From: Bacteroidales bacterium
GTDB lineage: Bacteria; Bacteroidota; Bacteroidia; Bacteroidales; Tenuifilaceae
Assembly: GCA_003531155.1 (NCBI GenBank)
Contig: DQHR01000078.1
Span: 351 to 36,117, forward strand
Length of the DNA stretch: 35,767 nucleotides
Reading direction: 5' to 3'
Shown: positions 7,475-15,200 of the stretch, one piece after another
How positions within the stretch are numbered: position 1 is the first letter of the stretch
How the letters are laid out: each line of letters starts with the position of its first letter
Program-made: the position numbers and the translations under genes
Notes under the pieces: generated by a model
The model's input: only the letters and a program-made list of their open reading frames with translations
Told to the model about the DNA's origin: nothing
Database searches by the model: none

Positions 7475-10201
7475 CTATTCTGGGTTCTCTATTCTGACCG
7501 CCGAAAGTTTAAAAGGTGCAATTTTACTATAAGGATCAAGTTCATCACGGGTTAGCCTGTTTACTTGCGATTCGGAAAAATGCCAAGGCATAAATAGTTC
7601 ACCCTCAAGAACCTCATCGCTAACCTTGATAAATGTTTCAAGTTGTCCTCTTTTTGATCTAACAACCACTTTTTGTCCATTATTAACCTTTATTTTTGAG
7701 GCATCAATTGGGTTAATAAGCACATACGATTGATTAATAAAATCTCTAAGTGCCTTTGTTTTTCGGCTCATGGTACTAGAGTGGTAATGGTAAAGGATAC
7801 GTCCACTATTCAGTAGGAATGGGTATTCACTATCAACTCTTTCGTTTTGCTCCACATAATCAACAGGGAAAAGCTTGCCTTTACCTGTTGATGTGTTGAA
7901 TTTATCGATGTATAAGGTTGATGTTCCCGGATGATCTGATGTAGGACATGGCCACTGAATGCCATGCACCTCAATACGTTTGTGCGATATCCCTGCTAGT
8001 ATTGGTGTTACCATTGCCAATTCATCAAAAATTTCGGATTCGTCTTTGTAATTGGGCATAGGTTTTCCCATGCGTTTTGCTAACTCATGTAATATTTTCC
8101 AGTCTTCACGGGCTTCGCCGGGGCAGTCAACGGCCTTTCTTACCATTAAAACACGTCTATCGCTATTAACGAATGTTCCATTCTTCTCAGCCCAAGTCGA
8201 TGCCGGTAAAATGACATCAGCAAAACGAGTTGTTTCAGTATGGAATATATCTTGCACTACTAGGAAATCTAATTTTCTTAGGGCTTCTTCAGTATGGTTT
8301 AGGTTTGGATCGGTAAGCATTGGATTTTCTCCCATAATGAAAAGTCCTTTAACTTTACCTTCGTGCGCAGCTTTAACAATCTCAACCGTTGTCAATCCTG
8401 GTTTCGATGGCATCGACTCAAATGGAATACCCCAAATATCAGCGACTTTCCTTCGATTTTTTTCATCAGAAATAGGAATATACCCCGATAGCATATAAGG
8501 ATGACAACCCACATCGGTTGCTCCTTGTACATTGTTCTGCCCACGAGGTGGATCTATGCCGCACCTTTCGCGCCCAACCTGACCTGTAATGAGCATCATG
8601 TTTAGAAGACAGAAAACGTTATTTGTTCCGGTAACCTGTTGGCTCATTCCCATACCAGTTGCAATCATTGCTGTTGGTGCTTTTGCGTAAAGTTTTGCAG
8701 CAAGTACAATTTTATCAGCATCAACTCCAGTAATCTTTTCAACATATTCGGGGGTATATTTGCTCGTTAGCTGTTCCAAAACTTTGAATGCCTCCATTCC
8801 ATCCTCTACACGCTCCTTGATAAAATTGATATTGTGCCAACCATTAGTAATGATAACATGAACAATTCCGTTAAGCAATGCCACATCTGTTCCAAGTTTT
8901 GGTTGTAGCCATATGCTTGCGTACCTGGCAATTGGAGTCCATTTAGGATCGATAACTATAATTTTTTGGCCCTTTGTTGCTCCTTTTTTAACATAGGTAG
9001 CAGTAATTGGGTGTGTATCAATAATGTTATTTCCGATGATAAGGAGACAATCTGTTGTTTCAAAATCTTCAATGGGGTTACTTCCAGCCCCATCGCCAAT
9101 AGATTTGAGCATTGCAGTAACAGTTGAGGCATGGCAAAGACGAGTACAATAATCGATATTATTGGTGCCAAAGGCTGTTCTAATAAATTTTTGGAAGATA
9201 TAGTTATCTTCATTGGTGCACTTTGCCGATGCATAACCTGCAAGAGCATCAGCACCAAATTCATTTTTTATTGAAGTGAACTTTGATGCGATCAGATTTA
9301 AAGCCTCGTCCCAAGTAGATTCTATGAACTCTCCATTTTTTTTAATTAAAGGCTTTGTAAGCCTTTCGGTGCTGTGAACGAACTCGTAACCGAATCGACC
9401 TTTAACGCATAGCCTACCATCATTTGGCGATACTCCCTCAACCCCGTTGCTTCTAACAATCTTGCCATCCTGAACTAGCAGTTCAATTTGACAACCAACA
9501 CCGCAGTATGGACAGGTTGTTATTATTTTTCTTGCAACTTTATCAAGTTTAATAACCTCTCTGTTAGGTTTTTCAACAATTGCTCCTGTTGGGCAAAGTT
9601 GAATGCATTCACCACAACCATCGCACTCGCTTTCGCCCCAAACACCATTTCCCGCAATGATGTATGAGTTTATTCCTCTATCAGTAAATGATAATACGTT
9701 TTTACCTTGAACTTCATCACAGGCTTTTATGCACCTAAAGCATTTGATGCACTTTGATGGATCGTAGGTTAGAACAGGAGAACTTTTATCGGGCTGAAAT
9801 TTTAGGTTTTGCCATATAGGTTTGAAAAACCTATCTTCAGGCTTGTTAAGACCATAACGAAACATCAAATCACGAAGTTCATCGCTATAGGTATTATCAT
9901 AGGAGTCGTTATGCTCGCTAAGCAAATAATCTAAAAGATATTTTCGGGTTTGCTCAAGTTCATCATCGAAGGCAGTTATTATCATACCCTCATCAACCTT
10001 TACTGTACACGACGCAACTAATCCTCTGGTTCCTTCAATTTTGACAAGGCACAAGCGACAAGCCCCTGTTGCTGAAAGCTTATGATGATAGCAAAGACTT
10101 GGGATGTTAAACCCATTCTCGCGAGCTACCTTTAACAAGTTTGAGCCCCAAGGAGCAGAAACCTGTTTGTCATCAATTGTGAATTTAACTGATTGACTCA
10201 T
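7475..10201 (-). CDS. Formate dehydrogenase catalytic subunit, NuoG-like N-terminus fused to a Mo/W-bisPGD domain (FdsA/FdhA type), cysteine variant
   Basis: 908 aa. [2Fe-2S] pattern C36...C47xxC50...C65; two ferredoxin-type sites (CIKCFRCIKAC, CDGCGECIQLCP); molybdopterin-domain cluster CPYCGVGC...C. The active-site stretch is IDYCTRLCHAS, with Cys where FdhH carries Sec. A C-terminal molydopterin-binding barrel follows. The gene converges on comEC with a 5-nt gap. Confidence 0.85.
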   Translation of the reverse strand: MSQSVKFTIDDKQVSAPWGSNLLKVARENGFNIPSLCYHHKLSATGACRLCLVKIEGTRGLVASCTVKVDEGMIITAFDDELEQTRKYLLDYLLSEHNDSYDNTYSDELRDLMFRYGLNKPEDRFFKPIWQNLKFQPDKSSPVLTYDPSKCIKCFRCIKACDEVQGKNVLSFTDRGINSYIIAGNGVWGESECDGCGECIQLCPTGAIVEKPNREVIKLDKVARKIITTCPYCGVGCQIELLVQDGKIVRSNGVEGVSPNDGRLCVKGRFGYEFVHSTERLTKPLIKKNGEFIESTWDEALNLIASKFTSIKNEFGADALAGYASAKCTNEDNYIFQKFIRTAFGTNNIDYCTRLCHASTVTAMLKSIGDGAGSNPIEDFETTDCLLIIGNNIIDTHPITATYVKKGATKGQKIIVIDPKWTPIARYASIWLQPKLGTDVALLNGIVHVIITNGWHNINFIKERVEDGMEAFKVLEQLTSKYTPEYVEKITGVDADKIVLAAKLYAKAPTAMIATGMGMSQQVTGTNNVFCLLNMMLITGQVGRERCGIDPPRGQNNVQGATDVGCHPYMLSGYIPISDEKNRRKVADIWGIPFESMPSKPGLTTVEIVKAAHEGKVKGLFIMGENPMLTDPNLNHTEEALRKLDFLVVQDIFHTETTRFADVILPASTWAEKNGTFVNSDRRVLMVRKAVDCPGEAREDWKILHELAKRMGKPMPNYKDESEIFDELAMVTPILAGISHKRIEVHGIQWPCPTSDHPGTSTLYIDKFNTSTGKGKLFPVDYVEQNERVDSEYPFLLNSGRILYHYHSSTMSRKTKALRDFINQSYVLINPIDASKIKVNNGQKVVVRSKRGQLETFIKVSDEVLEGELFMPWHFSESQVNRLTRDELDPYSKIAPFKLSAVRIENPE

Positions 10202-10206
10202 GAATT

Positions 10207-11457
10207 CTAAAATTTATTAATGAGTTCATTGGCAAAATTTACCCAAAGGCTCTTTAATGGCAGAATTGGTGATTGTCCTAATGGGCATAGCGACGTTTTT
10301 GCCATTATTTCAGCCTGCTGAATTATGTTGATAAAGGTTGATTCTCTTTCCTTTGGCTCCATCTCTTGAATTCTCTCTGTTATATTAAGAATTTGTGCTG
10401 TTCCTAATCGGCATGGAATACATTTCCCGCAACTTTCGTGCTTAAAAAAGTCGAGAATTGATGTAAGCATTTCCAATAAATCTCTCGTTTCGTTCATCAC
10501 TACAACTGCACCAGAACCGAGCGTGAGCCCTTGCTCTTTGAGCGAATCAAAATCGAGTGGGAGGTTTAAATGATTAATTGAGGCAAAAGTACCAGCGGCT
10601 CCACCAATAAGTATCGATTTTATTGAATTTCCATTAACACCACCACCAAATTCGTTAATAAGATCTATAAGAGTTATGCCCATATCAACTTCATAGTAAC
10701 CCGGACGTTTCACATCACCGCTTAAACAGAATATTTTTGTTCCAGGTGATTTTGATGTGCCAAAACTCTTATACCAATCGGCTCCATATAAGATAATGGG
10801 AGCAAAATTTGCTAGCGTTTCAACATTATTAATAAGTGTAGGATGATCCCATAAACCTTTTTGTGCAGGGAATGGGGGTTTTATTCTTGGGTATCCTCGC
10901 TTTCCTTCGAGCGATTCAATAAGCGTGAGTTCCTCGCCACAAAGATACGAACCAGCACCTGGCTTAACCTCTAGCGTAAAGCTAAAATCAGTATTCAGAA
11001 TATTTTCACCTATAAATCCCTTCTTTTCGGCTTGTTTTATTGCTATATTAAGTCTTTCAATGCTCAAATGGTATTCACCCCTTACATATATATAGCCTAC
11101 GCTTGCTCCAACGCTCCATGCTGCAATAAGCATTCCTTCGATAAGATTATGAGGGTCTGTTTCCATTATAATCCTATCCTTAAAGGTTCCGGGTTCGCCT
11201 TCATCAGCATTACATACAATGTATTTTAAGCACTCAATACAGGTTTGAGCTGTTGATTTTTCTTTAGTACCGGTTGGGAAACCGGCTCCACCTCTTCCCC
11301 TTAAGCCAGAATCGATAATGATTTCTGAAATGTCCGATGGAGACATGGTAAGCGCTTTGGCAAAGGCTTGGTATCCGCCGCACTGAATGTACTCGTCGAT
11401 ACTTTCGGGGTTTATCAACCCCGAGTTACGAAGTGCTATTCTTTTCTCTTGAATCAT
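10207..11457 (-). CDS. NuoF-like NAD(H)/FMN-binding subunit of the formate dehydrogenase (FdsB-like)
   Basis: 416 aa. Motifs: GLRGRGGAGFPTGTK (FMN), CNADEGEPGTFKDR, GAGSYLCGEE and the N3-type cluster ESCGKCIPCR...CPLG. It lies 5 nt upstream of the FDH alpha gene. Confidence 0.85.
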   Translation of the reverse strand: MIQEKRIALRNSGLINPESIDEYIQCGGYQAFAKALTMSPSDISEIIIDSGLRGRGGAGFPTGTKEKSTAQTCIECLKYIVCNADEGEPGTFKDRIIMETDPHNLIEGMLIAAWSVGASVGYIYVRGEYHLSIERLNIAIKQAEKKGFIGENILNTDFSFTLEVKPGAGSYLCGEELTLIESLEGKRGYPRIKPPFPAQKGLWDHPTLINNVETLANFAPIILYGADWYKSFGTSKSPGTKIFCLSGDVKRPGYYEVDMGITLIDLINEFGGGVNGNSIKSILIGGAAGTFASINHLNLPLDFDSLKEQGLTLGSGAVVVMNETRDLLEMLTSILDFFKHESCGKCIPCRLGTAQILNITERIQEMEPKERESTFINIIQQAEIMAKTSLCPLGQSPILPLKSLWVNFANELINKF

Positions 11458-11924
11458 TTCTGTGCGTTTTGCTCTGATATTACTATTTCTTCAATGATTG
11501 ATTCAATCTTCTGGGGAGTGAGATTGCCATATATTTCTTTATTAATCATCATGCAAGGCGACTGGTTACACTGTCCCAAGCATTCTACTTTCTCAATGGT
11601 GAATAGGTTTGCGCTGTCGGGCCTAGCACTAATCTTTACTTTTACTGCATCATAGATTGATTGGCTTCCCAGCATTCCACATATAGGCGATTTACATACT
11701 TGTATAACGAATTTTTTTCTTGGGTTCAAACTTAGCATGCTATAATACCCAACTATGCCATAGATTTGAGCCAATGGGAGATTAATATGGGTTGCCACCT
11801 TTTTTAGAGATTCTTCAGAAAGATAATTCTGAGGGTCGTGATTCTGAATCTCGTGAAGAATTTCAATAACGGAATCCCTTCGTTTGGGGTATTTTTTGAG
11901 AATTGTAGTTACATCCATTTTCAC
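11454..11924 (-). CDS. NuoE-like thioredoxin-fold [2Fe-2S] subunit (FdsG-like)
   Basis: Motifs CKSPICGMLG ... CLGQCNQSPC. A 4-nt ATGA overlap with the NuoF-like gene suggests translational coupling. The ORF-track start at 11924 is GTG; the ATG at 11918 (MDVTTIL...) is an equally plausible start. Confidence 0.85.
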   Translation of the reverse strand: MKMDVTTILKKYPKRRDSVIEILHEIQNHDPQNYLSEESLKKVATHINLPLAQIYGIVGYYSMLSLNPRKKFVIQVCKSPICGMLGSQSIYDAVKVKISARPDSANLFTIEKVECLGQCNQSPCMMINKEIYGNLTPQKIESIIEEIVISEQNAQK

Positions 11925-11954
11925 TCCTATTAATTTTCAAAAGATAGTGAAAAA

Positions 11955-11968
11955 TGACATCCATGTCA
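11955..11968. promoter_or_regulatory. Perfect palindrome TGACAT-cc-ATGTCA upstream of the FDH operon (candidate operator)
   Basis: tgacatccatgtca lies 31-44 nt upstream of the nuoE-like start. A near-consensus -7 box (minus strand tATCTTTTG, + strand 11938-11946) sits between it and the start codon. Confidence 0.25.
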
Positions 11969-12030
11969 ACTATTATATATTGAGACAAATCAACGCTTAT
12001 AGTAATTCTTTTTAGAAAAGGTTAACTATT

Positions 12031-12076
12031 ATAAATAAAAAACTTTCTCAAGTAGAACGAGCTACTTAAGAAAGTT
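12031..12076 (-). terminator. Strong rho-independent terminator (copy 1 of a 62-nt repeated module, 12030-12091)
   Basis: Minus strand reads aactttcttaagtag-ctcgtt-ctacttgagaaagtt-ttttatttat. The stem is 15 bp, perfect on the minus-strand RNA apart from one G.U pair (a C.A mismatch on the plus strand), followed by a U-tract. Confidence 0.85.
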
Positions 12077-12207
12077 AGGCCATACAACCTTCGCAGAAGA
12101 GCAAGTTTGTATGCACAGACTGCTAAAATATAACGAATGAAGCGACAGCCTGAATCGTTGTATTTCTTTTTTATTTATGGACTTCGCTAATTTGAGTGGC
12201 ATGAATA

Positions 12208-12240
12208 ATAGCAAAGGCTAATTTTAATAGCCTTTGCTAT
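12208..12240 (-). terminator. Perfect 13-bp hairpin immediately after the 1910-aa gene stop
   Basis: atagcaaaggcta (12208-12220) / tagcctttgctat (12228-12240), 7-nt loop, 10 nt after the TAA at 12251-12253. The downstream U-tract is weak (tattattcat), so this could be a terminator, an attenuator or an RNA-stability element. Confidence 0.5.
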
Positions 12241-12250
12241 GTATAATGAA

Positions 12251-15200
12251 TTATTGTTTTATAATCATTTTTGTTTTAATACTATTCCCTGAAGTGATTC
12301 TTATAAAATATGAGCCAGGTTTAAATCTAGATATGTTGAAATCTCCTGAAGTACCTATTATTAAATCTTTTAATAATGTAACTCCTAGAATATTTAATAT
12401 TTCAACCCGACATCCATTTTCAACTGCGTTTATGAGTAGTAGTTTAAAAGAACCATCTGTTGGATTTGGGAAAACATTAAAATCGAGTCCCTTTTGAATG
12501 TAATTGTTATTGCTAGTAGTATCAGTAACCTCTGGTGCTTTATAAAACACACATTTATTATCGTACTGAAAAGGTTCATTATAGTTGGGCTGTATAATAA
12601 ATGACAAAAAACTACCTGTTTTACCTTCGAATCCATTTTTAAGCGCGATTTGTTCTGTAGCAATAAAACTTTCAGATTCACCTGCCTCGTAGGAAAGTAG
12701 AGGACTGCAATTTGCTCCAACTTCGAGGAAACGTGGAGCTAATGTGAAAATATTATCTTTAGTACAGATTTTTGCTGTACTAAAAAAAATACCCTTGCCA
12801 CCTGTATGACCCATATCACAGCGACTACCGTCTTTATCTAATTTTGTTGGATCTCCTGTATCTATACAAGGAGAATTGGCTAGTAAACTAAAATTCCAAT
12901 CAAATTTAGGGTCTACATTTTTATTACCAGTACCCCAGTTAATTTGAATCGGACCTGTAATCGATGATGTAATGTCTGAAAAGTTGATGTTGAGTTTTGT
13001 TGTTTCAGCTGAATTTCTTGTTCCAATTTTGCCTGTAATTATACTATTGGTGATATTTGTAGTCTCTGCATCTATTGTCAGTTCAGCAAAACCAGGTGCA
13101 TCTATTTCAACATATCTATTTTCAGAAATTGTTACATTATCTAGCATCATATTTGCATTACTGGATAGAATCCCCACGCCTTTGCCGTTAAAAACAATAT
13201 TGGGATCATTCAAATTATTAAAATCCACTCTTGCGCCAAGGGCACGATTATCAATAATTAAAACGTTTTTCAAAGACACACTTCCTCCTAAAATAAATAG
13301 CCCCCCGCCATATTCTGCATAATTTCCTAGTATGGAAACATTCGTAATCTTTGGAGATCCATAATAAATATTTATACCACCACCACCACCTTCTGTTCTA
13401 TTATCAGTAATAAGTAAATCTATCAATTCTGGGTTACTAAAATATGAATAAATACCTCCGCCTTTAAATAATGCTTTATTATAATGTCCACTTATGCTAA
13501 AGCCTTGTAGTACGGAGTTATTATTATCAAAAGTCACGGTGGGATTGTTATAACAAGATTCGGGTACATTAGGACCACTATCTTGATTAAGTGCAGATAT
13601 AATTGTATTTACAGGGCAGCCAGTTGCTTTTACGGATATTTTTTTAGAGCCAGAAAAAACAATATTTTCATTGTATGTACCTTCATCTACCTCAACTCGA
13701 TCGCCATCAGATGCCGCATCAATAGCCTCCTGTATTTTTTCAAAATCGGCTGGAACACGAATAATATTATCCTTTCTTTGGGTTATAATTATTTCATAAG
13801 GGCTATTAACAGCCTCGGGCGATTCAATAATCAATCTGCCCATTCTTTCAACATTAGTGTTATTTTCAGATACATTAAAAGTTATATAATTATCAGAATA
13901 GCCACTAGTTCCGCTAATAACTGATAACCAATCGCACTCGGAGCGTGCTGAATAGGTAATTTTTCCTGGAGTTGGAGCAGATGTGACTTGGAGTTTTATC
14001 GTTGTTGGATTCTTACTCTTTAAGAAGTTATTTACCGCTGTAATACTGAAACCCCTGCATAATATCTTGCAGTTTGCAGTTTTTTCACACCCAGTATAAT
14101 TATCTTTTACAGTGAAAGTTTGCTCGAAATTTGACAAATAATTAATGGTAATATCCTTCGTTCTAGCACCATTTGACCATTTATAGCTAAAATTACCCGA
14201 ACCTCCAGAAATTGTCGGAGTAATGATAGATGATTCTGTCCCATTTACATAATAAAAAGGATCTAAATTTATTTGAATATCATCGTATGTTACAACATCT
14301 ACCTGATCAGATGCACTAGTTCCATAGTTATCTCGTACAGTTAATGTATATTGCTTAGTTCCTACACCTGTTGATGAAACGGTTGGATTTTCATCAATAA
14401 TTGAACTTAAATTTGTGTCTGGATTCCATGTGTAATAATAAACCCCACTACCACCAGAAACTATTGGGTTAAACGTTTTTTTGCTGCCATCATTACATAG
14501 GTAGATAGTATTACCCGCATCAACCTGAATAGGAGGACAAACATGAAAATCTTTCTTAACCTCATAATCATCGTTTCTGTAAAATGAACTTGCATTACGA
14601 ACAATCAGTTTACAATTTTTCATTTTATCTCCAACTAAAATATCTATAGTCGAATTGTTACTATAGAAAACGTCATCGATAAACCAATCTATTTCATAAG
14701 GTTGAATTCCTCCCGTGATTTGCGGAGTAACAGTAACCGTATTGCCAATTTCATCGACATATACATAATTAATATTTTTTATGGCAAGTGGATTGTATAG
14801 GATGAACTCGGAGGTTTTTGAATACGTTTTCCAATAAGGCTCAAAATCAATATATCCTGTAACGTCAAGTGTGGCAGTAAATTTGTATGTGCCTGTTCTA
14901 TTTAATTCATCCTTTATTTCATCATTAAGAGTAATCCAAGTCATTGGTTCATTAGGATGTGTAAATTCGATAGGGGAGTTGGTCCACCATTTAAATCTAT
15001 AGTACAAAGAGCGATCGAAATATGTATAGTATCCTGGACTATAAAGTGAAAACTCACTTTGTACATTTGGAAAAGGTAAAATGTTAAAAACTCTACCTGA
15101 CAAGACGAACTTATCATCATAATACCATTTATTATAATATAGTACTATTTCACCATTAGGGGCATTTGGCGTTTTATATACATTAATCTCCTTTTGTGTA

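Noticed and set aside
8052-8498. 148-aa plus-strand ORF, together with the other nested or antisense ORFs in the track: 490-675, 3649-3897, 4244-4441, 4338-4523, 4363-4566, 4469-4651, 4832-5098, 8956-9264, 11032-11229, 11368-11655, 12234-12497, 12430-12720, 12972-13322, 13583-13924, 15226-15423, 16007-16252, 16297-16509, 16548-16781, 18636-18824, 19347-19652, 19378-19560, 20172-20462, 22942-23139, 23288-23500, 24064-24249, 24468-24665, 24983-25174, 25481-25693, 26784-26969, 28001-28216, 28252-28473, 29458-29733, 30442-30678, 32060-32299, 32122-32307, 32355-32615, 33188-33478 and 34949-35134.
   Set aside because: All lie entirely inside, or largely overlap, much longer ORFs that carry strong family motifs. 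Their translations are low-complexity or Ser/Leu/Ile-rich with no recognisable motifs, as expected for chance frames in AT-rich DNA.
9134-9136. Possible selenocysteine (UGA) recoding in the formate dehydrogenase
   Set aside because: The ORF is uninterrupted and the active-site codon is TGC (Cys) in the context TRLCHAS. There is no in-frame TGA, so there is no SECIS to look for.
12782-12789. A8/T8 homopolymer inside the 1910-aa gene, and similar 8-nt runs elsewhere, as slipped-strand phase-variation switches
   Set aside because: Runs of 8 are common in DNA this AT-rich. The reading frame is intact, and nothing suggests length heterogeneity from a single sequence.
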